Positions 21,184-29,660 of a DNA stretch of 64,000 bases are shown in pieces (within the stretch, counting starts at the first letter, position 1; every line of letters starts with the position of its first letter). Both the position numbers and the translations under genes were made by a program. A model generated the notes under the pieces. That model had not been told where the DNA came from and did no database searches. It was given only the letters and a program-made list of their open reading frames with translations. The stretch is from Thermotogota bacterium. Lineage in GTDB: Bacteria; Thermotogota; Thermotogae; Petrotogales; Petrotogaceae. The DNA is taken from assembly GCA_051748045.1 (NCBI GenBank), contig JBNJGY010000001.1, positions 64,001 through 128,000 of the forward strand. Reading direction: 5' to 3'.

Positions 21184-21254
21184 TTACACTAACTATTTAC
21201 TTATATTCAAAATAACATTTCAAAATTAACTGATGATAAACTTTTTGTTAACAT

Positions 21255-23237
21255 TTAATCTTCAGGGATTATGAAAACTTGATTTGGATATATTAAATTT
21301 GGATTTTCTATATTATTTTTTTCAGCTATATCATTATAATTAACTCCATATATTCTTGATATTTTTAATAACCAATCACCAGATTTTACTGTATATTTTA
21401 AAATTATTTTTTCTGCAAGTTCCTTTATTTCTTCATATGTTAAAGGTACTCTGTTATCTATGGATAAATTCCCTTCTTTAAATATTTTTTCAGCTTTTAT
21501 TCTGTGAATTTTATTCCAGTTATTCCCAGTTATTTTCCAATTTTCATCTGTTTCGCTTTTTATTATTCCATTTTTATAATCAACAATATACTCTTCTATA
21601 AAATCTGTAATGTAGTAATCTTTAAATTTTTCTATGTCTTTTGAACTAGCTAAAAGATTTGGTAATTTGTCTGAAAAAATTTCACCTGAATTTGAAAATT
21701 CATTTTCTGCTCTTGCTGAATTAGTTGCCAATAAATATTTTTTATCATCTAAAATATTATTACTAGCTGAATCTGTTAAATTTTCTATTCTGTTACCAAA
21801 GTCTTTACTAATATTAATTTCAAAATTTAAACCCTTAAAAATATCATATAGTTTATGCGATTTATTAGTTCGGGTAATCGTTAAATGTTCTTTTTCGAAT
21901 TTGTTGTAAAATTCTACAGACCATTCAAGATACTCTTTTAATTGCTTACCCGTTAATTCAACTATGGATAAACTATTCTTTTCTGGATAAAATCTGTTTA
22001 TATATCTTTTTGAAATTTGGTTAGATAATTTGAGATTTTCTACATAAATAGGCGTTGAAGATATTTTCACTTCAGAATCAAATATTTTATTTGCATAATG
22101 AAGTTGAACTTCATTTATCAGGTCAGAAATTTTTGTTGGTTTTAAATGATATGAATCTATTTGGTCTATTTTTTTCTCTTCAAAAAAATCCCCATTAACT
22201 ACTTCTGCAATAATTGATTCTAATTCTTCTATAGATTCTTGATGGTATTCTCTAAATATATTCTCTATACTGTGAAGAGGGAGAATAACTCTATCATCAT
22301 TTTTTACTGGAATCTTTGTAAGTGTTGAATCATCAGTAATATTTGAACCTTCTTTTGTTAATTTATAATCAATTTGATATAAACTTTCAGTAGAATTATT
22401 TATTAAAAACTCTTTTTTAGAATCGTTAAATTTATTAGATATTATAAGTTTATTTTTTTGTTCTTCTTTATTTAATGAGATTAAGATGTCATTCTCTAAA
22501 TTATCTTTTGGATCTAATTTATTATAGAAAGTAATATTATTTAATGTTTCACTTGATCCTGGAGTTAAGAATTTTTCGCTATTTAGATTCAAATCATCTA
22601 TTTTTAAAACATCATTTTCTGATAATAACCATAAATCATATTTTAAATAGTCAAAAGCTTCAAGGAAAGAATCAACTGTTTTATTATTTTGTTTATCTAG
22701 AAAAGTATCTCCAATATTTAATAATATATCCACCTCATTAACTTTATCATCTATTATTTTAGCTAATTGAGAAAAACTACCATCATAATCTTTTTTATCA
22801 TAATCATAATCATATGTTGTGAAATCACCATTAATGTTAGAAGTAATATATAATTTAAAAGAAACATCTATTTCTTCTATTTCTTTATGTGTGTTTTTAT
22901 CTATTTTTTCATTACTTGTGCTATTTTTAGTAATTAGAATATCGGCATTTGTTTCTATCAAATCAATATTTTCTTCATCAGTAGAATTATTCTCTTGATT
23001 TTCATTTTGACCATCACTTTCACTTAAAAGCAAATTTGAAGTTGAATCAGGAGTTATTTCAATTGAATCACCTGGAACAAAATCATCTTCATATATTGTT
23101 TGGGAATTATTTGAATCTTCAATATTATAATTCTGATCAACTTTTTCATCATTATTACCTAAAAATATAAATATCAGGGAAATAATGAGCATCAAAATTA
23201 TAATAAATACTCCCCATATAATATTTTTTTTATTCAT
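21255..23237 (-). CDS. Membrane-anchored 5'-nucleotidase/2',3'-cyclic phosphodiesterase-like protein with C-terminal LysM; catalytic domain degenerate
   Basis: N-terminal TM, acidic linker, ELTGKQLKEYLEWS and GNRIENL (5'-nucleotidase C domain), YTVKSGDWLLKIS...NPNLIYPNQ LysM. Confidence 0.75.
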   Translation of the reverse strand: MNKKNIIWGVFIIILMLIISLIFIFLGNNDEKVDQNYNIEDSNNSQTIYEDDFVPGDSIEITPDSTSNLLLSESDGQNENQENNSTDEENIDLIETNADILITKNSTSNEKIDKNTHKEIEEIDVSFKLYITSNINGDFTTYDYDYDKKDYDGSFSQLAKIIDDKVNEVDILLNIGDTFLDKQNNKTVDSFLEAFDYLKYDLWLLSENDVLKIDDLNLNSEKFLTPGSSETLNNITFYNKLDPKDNLENDILISLNKEEQKNKLIISNKFNDSKKEFLINNSTESLYQIDYKLTKEGSNITDDSTLTKIPVKNDDRVILPLHSIENIFREYHQESIEELESIIAEVVNGDFFEEKKIDQIDSYHLKPTKISDLINEVQLHYANKIFDSEVKISSTPIYVENLKLSNQISKRYINRFYPEKNSLSIVELTGKQLKEYLEWSVEFYNKFEKEHLTITRTNKSHKLYDIFKGLNFEINISKDFGNRIENLTDSASNNILDDKKYLLATNSARAENEFSNSGEIFSDKLPNLLASSKDIEKFKDYYITDFIEEYIVDYKNGIIKSETDENWKITGNNWNKIHRIKAEKIFKEGNLSIDNRVPLTYEEIKELAEKIILKYTVKSGDWLLKISRIYGVNYNDIAEKNNIENPNLIYPNQVFIIPED

Positions 23238-23377
23238 AATACACCTCCTGATTTCTTATAATAATTTCATATAATATTTGACTAAAATAAATTATACATT
23301 ATAATAGTAACGTAAATCTTTATTCTATAAAATTATACCATATATGAAAAATGATTTTATACAGGAGGAATAAAAAA

Positions 23378-24025
23378 ATGAATAGTTTTTTGGATGAAAG
23401 GCTAGAATTAACAAACGCTTGTAAAAAAATAGCAAATGATAATTTAGTAAAAGGTACTTGGGGTAATTTTTCAATAAAAGTTAAAGATAAAATAATAATA
23501 ACACCATCTGGTTATTCTTATGAACTGATGACTCCAAACGACCTAGTTATAATTAATATGAAAGGTAATATAATCGAAGGTGACAGAGTTCCTTCTTCTG
23601 AATGGATGATGCATTCAGAAATTTACCAAAAAAGACAAGATGTAAATATTATTCTACATACACATCCAACATATTCTTCAATCGCTTCTGTGTCTTTAAA
23701 TGAAATACCTTCTTTGATAGAGGACAGTGCTATGATTTTAGGACCAAAAATTAATGTAACTGAATATAAGTTACCTGGTTCAAAAGATTTAGCTGAGGAA
23801 ACAGCAAAAAAATTAGGAGAAAATAACGCTGTTATTATGAGAAATCACGGGTTAGTCACTGTAGGTAATTCTTTAAATGAAGTAATATCAGCAGCTCATA
23901 TTGTTGAAAAAAACGTTATGATTTATATCGAAGCAACAAAATTAGGTGGGAAAATTCATTATATCTCTGATAACGACCTAAAAATGCTTAGAGAAAAATA
24001 TTTTAAATCATATAGACAAAAATAA
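23378..24025 (+). CDS. Class II aldolase/adducin family protein (FucA-like)
   Basis: GTWGNFS, ITPSG, PSSEWMMH, HTHP, NHG; ATG 23378 after AGGAGG. Confidence 0.9.
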   Translation: MNSFLDERLELTNACKKIANDNLVKGTWGNFSIKVKDKIIITPSGYSYELMTPNDLVIINMKGNIIEGDRVPSSEWMMHSEIYQKRQDVNIILHTHPTYSSIASVSLNEIPSLIEDSAMILGPKINVTEYKLPGSKDLAEETAKKLGENNAVIMRNHGLVTVGNSLNEVISAAHIVEKNVMIYIEATKLGGKIHYISDNDLKMLREKYFKSYRQK

Positions 24026-24050
24026 CAAGGGGTATTAAGCCCCTTGTTTT
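24024..24050. terminator. Hairpin terminator between convergent genes
   Basis: AACAAGGGG-N7-CCCCTTGTT. Confidence 0.75.
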
Positions 24051-25825
24051 ATAAATTTGAATTGAGATAAGTATAAATCGTAATAATCGTTTCTCATTTC
24101 AATTAGTTCTTCATGAGTTCCCATTTCGCTAATTTTTCCATCTTTAATATAAATAATTCTGTCTACATCTCTAATGGTTGATAGTCTATGTGCAATTACA
24201 AAACTAGTTCTATTTTTTAGTAGTTTTTCGATTCCTAATTGTACCAATCTTTCAGTTTTTGTATCAATATTTGATGTAGCCTCATCTAAAATTAATATTT
24301 TGGGATCAGCTAATAATGCTCTTGCTAAAGATATTAACTGTCTTTGCCCAACAGACAACCTTGAGCCTCTTTCGTTTACTTCAGTCTCATAACCTTTTTC
24401 TAAACTCATCACGAAATCATGTAATCCTACGGTTTTAGAAGCTTTTATTATTTCTTCTTTTGTGGCATCTAATTTGCCGTATTTAATATTTTCATAAATA
24501 GTTGTAGAAAATAAAAATGTATCTTGTAGCATAATTCCCATATGGGTTCTCAAATTTTCCAAATCTATATCTCTTAAATCGTGACCATCTAAGAATATAC
24601 TACCTTGTGTGGGGTCATAAAACCTGGATATCAAATTTACCATAGTAGTCTTTCCAGCTCCTGTAGGACCTACAAATGCTATAGATTCACCTGGTTTAAC
24701 CTTCAAATTTATATTTTTTAGAACTTGAGTATCTTTATCATAACTAAAGCTAACATTTCTAAAATCTAATTCTCCATCTATGTTGTCTAATCTTTGTACA
24801 CCATTTTTGTTGTTTTCAACAACAGGTTTTATATCTAATATTTCAAATATTCTATCTGTAGCTGCAAAACTGGTTATTAAAACATTATAAAAGTTTGCTA
24901 TGTTCCAAATAGGTCTCCAAAATTTTGTTATATACCAAGTAAAAGCGAATATTTCTCCTATTGTAATTAAATTTTGACCTACAAGTCCAAAACTATACCA
25001 ATATATGGCTATTAACCCCAAACCATAGGATAGTTCAATAAGAGGTCCAAATTTATATTGTAGTCTTGCTGCATGAATAAAGGAATCGACAGCATTACCA
25101 ACATAACCTCTAAAATTATTTTTTGTAAAACTCTCTGCTGTAAAAGATTGTACTACTTTTATACCTGAGAACGTTTCATGGGTATAGGCATTTAAATTAG
25201 ATCTCTTTTTTCTATAGTTCTCCCATCGTTTTCTCCCTATTATCTGTATTACAAAAAGTGCCAAAAAAAGTGGGGGCATAACCATCATTGTTATACCAGT
25301 TAGTTGTGCGTTCATTGAAACCATAATAATTACAACAGATATAACTGTAATCACTTCAGGAATTAAACTTGTAACTAAAGAGTTAAAAAATTGCTGTAAA
25401 GAGTTGATATCTCCCATAATCCTTGCTAAAATTTTTCCTACAGGTCTTTCATCAAAAAAATTGAAAGATAATTTTTGAATATGATTGTAAAGATCATGCC
25501 TTATGTTTACAACTATATCGTTACTAATCTCTCCCATTTTGATCATTCTCATTTTTGAGACCCACATAGCAAATAAATTAACCAGTAACATCCCTATACT
25601 CAACCAAACTAATCCTATAACATTTTCTTGGACTATATAATTATCTATTGCCAATTTCAACATAAAAGGATTTAAAAGTTCAACACCAATAACAAAAAGC
25701 ATCATCATGGATACCAAAAATGTTTTTAATTTATATGGTTTTAAATAAGATATCAATATTTTAATTATCTCAATATTTGATTTTCTCTTTGTATTTTCAT
25801 CTTGTTTTGTAGCGTTTAGACTCAT
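24035..25825 (-). CDS. Heterodimeric ABC exporter subunit (TMD-NBD), TM288/BmrD-like
   Basis: TM domain, GPTGAGKT, non-canonical LSVGQ signature, canonical ILDEATS, AHR. Confidence 0.93.
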   Translation of the reverse strand: MSLNATKQDENTKRKSNIEIIKILISYLKPYKLKTFLVSMMMLFVIGVELLNPFMLKLAIDNYIVQENVIGLVWLSIGMLLVNLFAMWVSKMRMIKMGEISNDIVVNIRHDLYNHIQKLSFNFFDERPVGKILARIMGDINSLQQFFNSLVTSLIPEVITVISVVIIMVSMNAQLTGITMMVMPPLFLALFVIQIIGRKRWENYRKKRSNLNAYTHETFSGIKVVQSFTAESFTKNNFRGYVGNAVDSFIHAARLQYKFGPLIELSYGLGLIAIYWYSFGLVGQNLITIGEIFAFTWYITKFWRPIWNIANFYNVLITSFAATDRIFEILDIKPVVENNKNGVQRLDNIDGELDFRNVSFSYDKDTQVLKNINLKVKPGESIAFVGPTGAGKTTMVNLISRFYDPTQGSIFLDGHDLRDIDLENLRTHMGIMLQDTFLFSTTIYENIKYGKLDATKEEIIKASKTVGLHDFVMSLEKGYETEVNERGSRLSVGQRQLISLARALLADPKILILDEATSNIDTKTERLVQLGIEKLLKNRTSFVIAHRLSTIRDVDRIIYIKDGKISEMGTHEELIEMRNDYYDLYLSQFKFIKQGA

Positions 25826-25826
25826 A

Positions 25827-27563
25827 TTAGATCACCTCGTTTGCAAAAAAGCTAATATCTTCAAAATCTTTGAATTGATCTTTGTAAATTTTATAATATT
25901 CTCCTTTTTTGTCTACTAATTCATCATGTGTTCCCATTTCAAAAATTTCCCCATCTTTTAAATATATTATTTTATCTGCATTTTTAACTGCTGAAATTCT
26001 GTGTGCTATTATAAAAGTTGTTATATTTTTGTTGCTATCTTTAATATTTTTTAGTAGTTCATATTCTGTATCCATATCCAATGCACTTGTAGCATCATCC
26101 AAGACAATCATTCTCGATTTTTTGGCTAAGGCCCTTGCTATTGTCATTCTTTGTTTTTGACCACCAGATAACCCAACGCCTCTTTCTCCAATTAAAGTGT
26201 TGTATTTTTTATTCATTTTTTCTACAAACTCTTCCACACAGGAAATTTTTGCAACTTCTACTAATTCTTTTTGGCTTAATTCATTATTTCCCATCTTTAT
26301 ATTTTCCTCTACAGTTTCTGAGAAAAGAAAGCTGTCTTGAAAAATGTATGAAATATTATCTCTAAGGTTTTTTAAATTGATTGATCTTATATCATTTCCG
26401 TCAATTAATATATTCCCTTTTGTAACGTCATAAAATCTACCAATTAAATTAACTAATGATGTTTTACCTGAACCTGTTTCTCCCATTATGGCGACTGTTT
26501 CACCAGGGTTAATTTCTAAATTAATCTTTTTTAAAACATAATCTTCATCATATTTTAGGTAAACATCATGAAAAATAATTTTCCCTTTTTCTATTTTTTC
26601 ACCTAAGTCATTTAATATTTCTGGTTTATTCGACATTATTCTATCAATTTTTTTTGCTGATGTTGTTCCAAGAGATATCATATTTGTTAATAACCCCATC
26701 ATTCTCATTGGCCAAATCAACATCCATACGTATTGAGTAAAAGCTACTAAAACACCTAAAGATATTTGTTCATTAATGACAAAAGCCCCGCCAAAAACAA
26801 CTAACAAAACTATTGTCATATTACCCAGAAATTCCATCACCGAGAATAATGATCCAAATATTTTTGTCCTTTCTATGTTCAGTTCATAATTTTTTTTATT
26901 CATATCTAAAAATTTTAATGTTTCATGTTTTTCTCTTGCAAAAGCTTTCACCAATCTAACTCCAGCTATATTTTCTTGAGCTGTAGTATTTAACTTTGCA
27001 GCATGATCACTTATTTTATCGTAAACTTTAGATACTTTTTGTCTTAATTTCACTGCAACATAAGCTATTAAAGGCATTCCAGCCAGTGTTATCAAAGCTA
27101 ACTTCCAGTTTAATGAAAATAATATAAAAGAAGCCACAGAAAAATATATGATATTTTCAACAAAAACAGCTAATGCAAATCCGAGCATATCCCAAACATT
27201 TTCCGCATCTTGTCCTATTCTAGACATTAATTCTCCAGTATTTTGTTTGTCAAAGAATTTAAAATCCATCTTATGTATATGTTTAAACAAATCATTTCTA
27301 ATATCTCCTAAAATTTGAGTAGCTATATAGTCATAAGTAAATTCTTTAAAATATCCAGAAAAAACTCTAACTACTGTCATTATAGCTATACCTATTAACA
27401 CAGTTTTTAAAGATTCTACACTATTATTACCAAGAGCTTCATCTATAAACATTTTACTCAACATTGGCCAAAACATATCTGAAATGATAAAGGCCATCAT
27501 AGATAAAACAGCGACAAATAACAACAATTTATAATTTTTATAATATTTTAGTATTTTTAACAC
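25827..27563 (-). CDS. Heterodimeric ABC exporter subunit (TMD-NBD), TM287/BmrC-like
   Basis: TM domain, GETGSGKT, LSGGQ, degenerate Walker B VLDDATS; GTG start with GGGGTG RBS. Confidence 0.93.
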   Translation of the reverse strand: MLKILKYYKNYKLLLFVAVLSMMAFIISDMFWPMLSKMFIDEALGNNSVESLKTVLIGIAIMTVVRVFSGYFKEFTYDYIATQILGDIRNDLFKHIHKMDFKFFDKQNTGELMSRIGQDAENVWDMLGFALAVFVENIIYFSVASFILFSLNWKLALITLAGMPLIAYVAVKLRQKVSKVYDKISDHAAKLNTTAQENIAGVRLVKAFAREKHETLKFLDMNKKNYELNIERTKIFGSLFSVMEFLGNMTIVLLVVFGGAFVINEQISLGVLVAFTQYVWMLIWPMRMMGLLTNMISLGTTSAKKIDRIMSNKPEILNDLGEKIEKGKIIFHDVYLKYDEDYVLKKINLEINPGETVAIMGETGSGKTSLVNLIGRFYDVTKGNILIDGNDIRSINLKNLRDNISYIFQDSFLFSETVEENIKMGNNELSQKELVEVAKISCVEEFVEKMNKKYNTLIGERGVGLSGGQKQRMTIARALAKKSRMIVLDDATSALDMDTEYELLKNIKDSNKNITTFIIAHRISAVKNADKIIYLKDGEIFEMGTHDELVDKKGEYYKIYKDQFKDFEDISFFANEVI

Positions 27564-27607
27564 TTTCCATCACCCCGATTTTTCTCTTCTATTTTTTATC
27601 CACCAAT

Positions 27608-27685
27608 CTATATTAAAGATATGATTTCGTAATACTCTTTTTTATTTTTTACCTTCATATTATTATTTTTTTGATTATTTTTCAT
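27608..27685 (-). CDS. Putative 25-aa micropeptide MKNNQKNNNMKVKNKKEYYEIISLI
   Basis: Manual translation; GGGGTGG RBS just upstream of ATG; C-terminus paralogous to the 27726-27806 ORF. Confidence 0.6.
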   Translation of the reverse strand: MKNNQKNNNMKVKNKKEYYEIISLI

Positions 27686-27725
27686 AATTACCACCCCATG
27701 TTTTAGCTTCGTCTGATAGTTTGGA

Positions 27726-27806
27726 TTAAATTAAAGAAACAACTTCAAAATATGATTTTTTCTCTTCTTGTTTAGCTTGATTGTTTTGTATGTTTTTCTT
27801 TTTCAT
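27726..27806 (-). CDS. Putative 26-aa micropeptide MKKKNIQNNQAKQEEKKSYFEVVSLI
   Basis: Manual translation; AAGGGGGTGA RBS; C-terminus paralogous to the 27608-27685 ORF. Confidence 0.6.
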   Translation of the reverse strand: MKKKNIQNNQAKQEEKKSYFEVVSLI

Positions 27807-27832
27807 GATTTCACCCCCTTTGTGACATAATT

Positions 27833-27868
27833 CTAACTAACAAAACTCATCTCTAATTTTTTTGACAT
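27833..27868 (-). CDS. Putative 11-aa micro-ORF MSKKLEMSFVS
   Basis: Strong GGAGGTG RBS 7 nt before ATG, immediately after the second terminator. Confidence 0.35.
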   Translation of the reverse strand: MSKKLEMSFVS

Positions 27869-27888
27869 TTTATTACACCTCCAATTTA

Positions 27889-27922
27889 TAAAAATAAAGC
27901 CATGGCTTTATTAGCCATGGCT
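27889..27922 (-). terminator. Second attenuator-type terminator in the exporter leader
   Basis: AGCCATGGCT-N5-AGCCATGGCT stem followed by TTATTTTT on the minus strand. Confidence 0.75.
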
Positions 27923-27993
27923 GATTTAGTTTGTTTTATCATTCGATACTATTATCCTACCTTTATAAAACATAGAAAATAATAATAATCTAT

Positions 27994-28025
27994 AAAACAA
28001 AAGCCATGGCTGGATAGCCATGGCT
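27994..28025 (-). terminator. First attenuator terminator in the exporter leader
   Basis: AGCCATGGCT-ATCC-AGCCATGGCT stem followed by TTTGTTTT on the minus strand; mutually exclusive with an upstream antiterminator. Confidence 0.8.
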
Positions 28026-28042
28026 CGAATATATAGAAATAA

Positions 28043-28159
28043 CTAGATTATTTCTTTTCTACTTCGAGGCAAAGCTATCCCATGATTTGATTTTAATATA
28101 CCGCACATATTAAAACTAACTCTTAATTTGCCGGTGTTTACAACTGCTAAATTAATCAT
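28043..28159 (-). CDS. Putative 38-aa attenuator leader peptide MINLAVVNTGKLRVSFNMCGILKSNHGIALPRSRKEII
   Basis: AAGGAGG RBS 8 nt before ATG; the ORF 3' end overlaps the antiterminator arm. Confidence 0.65.
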   Translation of the reverse strand: MINLAVVNTGKLRVSFNMCGILKSNHGIALPRSRKEII

Positions 28160-28223
28160 GATATTGCCTCCTTTTTTAAAATATTTTATCACTTACAATT
28201 TACACTGTTTATATTTCTTGTTT

Positions 28224-28250
28224 TATACGTTATAGTTACTATAGAGTAAA
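28224..28250 (-). promoter_or_regulatory. MerR-like dyad operator or promoter upstream of the exporter leader
   Basis: TATAGT-N-ACTATA perfect dyad (28231-28243) with flanking TAC/GTA; minus strand TTTACT-19 bp-TAAAAC. Confidence 0.5.
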
Positions 28251-28274
28251 GTATAACGGATAATTTTTATCTAT

Positions 28275-29009
28275 TTAAACTTCATTGTAATATTCGAAAT
28301 ATTTTATTTCTAAATCAAAGTTATTTTTAATATAATCTCCAAGTTTTTTAATTCCAAAAGTTTCTGTTGCATAATGCCCAGCATGGATAAAGTTCACACC
28401 CATATCTTTTGCTATATCTCTAGTATGTTCTTCTACAGACCCTGTTATATAAGTATCTATTTCTGGGTCTAATTTTTCAATGAAATTAGCCCCTCCTCCT
28501 GAAACAATTGCTATATTTTCGGCGTATTCTCTATTTTGATAGCATAATAAGCTTTGGTTTTTTTGCAATATTTCTTTTAAGTTTTTTGTTAATTTTTGAA
28601 ATGGAACTTTTTTAGGCATTCTACCTTTAAAACCAAATGAAAATTTATCTACTATTTCTATACCTAGTTTCCTCAATAATTCTGAGTTATTTCCATATTC
28701 CAAACTCGCATCTAATGGCAAATGATATCCCATTAAAGATATATCATTTTTTATGAGGTTTTCAATTCTTATTTTTTTATAACCAGTTATATCTATTACA
28801 CCTTTTCCAAAAAGACCATGATGAACCAATATAACGTCTGGATTCCACTCTTTTATTTTTTCAAAAAAAGTGTTATTATAAGATACTCCTAAAGCAATCT
28901 TTTTTATTTCATGTTTTCCTTCTACCTGAATACCATTTTTACAAAAATCCTCAAAATCTTCTACATTTAATATTTCATTTAAATGTGATTCTAATTGAAA
29001 TAAATTCAC
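28275..29009 (-). CDS. Nif3-like dinuclear metal center protein (YbgI family)
   Basis: NGIQVEG, VHHG, YHLPLD, SGGG, AGHYATE. Confidence 0.93.
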   Translation of the reverse strand: MNLFQLESHLNEILNVEDFEDFCKNGIQVEGKHEIKKIALGVSYNNTFFEKIKEWNPDVILVHHGLFGKGVIDITGYKKIRIENLIKNDISLMGYHLPLDASLEYGNNSELLRKLGIEIVDKFSFGFKGRMPKKVPFQKLTKNLKEILQKNQSLLCYQNREYAENIAIVSGGGANFIEKLDPEIDTYITGSVEEHTRDIAKDMGVNFIHAGHYATETFGIKKLGDYIKNNFDLEIKYFEYYNEV

Positions 29010-29013
29010 TTAA

Positions 29014-29505
29014 TCACCTCTTATATCCTGTAATATTTCTCAGGAATTCATATCTTTTCTTTTTATCCTCTTCTTCTTCCACACCTTTTGGAGAATAACC
29101 ATCAACAACTCCCATAATTCCCCGTCCTTGCTCGGTTTCAGCTACTATTATCTGTAAAGGGTTGGCTGTGGCTGCAAAGATATTGACAATTTCTTGTACA
29201 TTCATTAGTTGATTTTTAATACTTATTGGAAAACCATTTTTAATTATCAGTACAAAAATATGCCCTGCTCCAATTTTTTTTGCATTATCAATTGCGGTTT
29301 CAACCAAGTTATCGTTATTCCCCTCATATCTTATTAAACATGGTCCTGATGCTTCATTAAATGCGAATCCAAACTCAAGATTTGGATTAACTGTAGAAAT
29401 AACTTCATATACATCTTCAACTGTTTTTATGAAATGTGATTGTCCAACTATGACATTTGTATCTTCTGGAATTTTTAAATCAACAACATCAAAATTTATG
29501 TTCAT
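29014..29505 (-). CDS. Adenosine-specific kinase family protein (DUF355)
   Basis: [42 protein letters not shown] 29505 after GGGAGGG. Confidence 0.88.
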   Translation of the reverse strand: MNINFDVVDLKIPEDTNVIVGQSHFIKTVEDVYEVISTVNPNLEFGFAFNEASGPCLIRYEGNNDNLVETAIDNAKKIGAGHIFVLIIKNGFPISIKNQLMNVQEIVNIFAATANPLQIIVAETEQGRGIMGVVDGYSPKGVEEEEDKKKRYEFLRNITGYKR

Positions 29506-29660
29506 TAATATCCCTCCCATAAAATTCTTCTTATATATATTTTAATTAATAATAATATAAAAATCAAGAAAGATTAATATTTAACATAAGATATTATTTT
29601 TTATTTAATTATTTGATGTTATAATTTAGATGAGTTTGTTAACCCAACAGGGGGTGGAGT

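Noticed and set aside
27888-27990. Second leader peptide before terminator 2 (e.g. MIKQTKSAMANKAMALFL or MFYKGRIIVSNDKTN)
   Set aside because: No convincing RBS at suitable spacing; cannot be supported from sequence alone
27889-28025. AGCCATGGCT repeats as a CRISPR array or IS ends
   Set aside because: Repeats are only 10 bp with irregular 4, 5 and ~80 nt gaps, there is no cas or transposase gene, and they fit terminator hairpins
27990-28200. T-box or metabolite riboswitch in the exporter leader
   Set aside because: No T-box UGGNACC bulge or recognisable aptamer core; the leader-ORF model fits better
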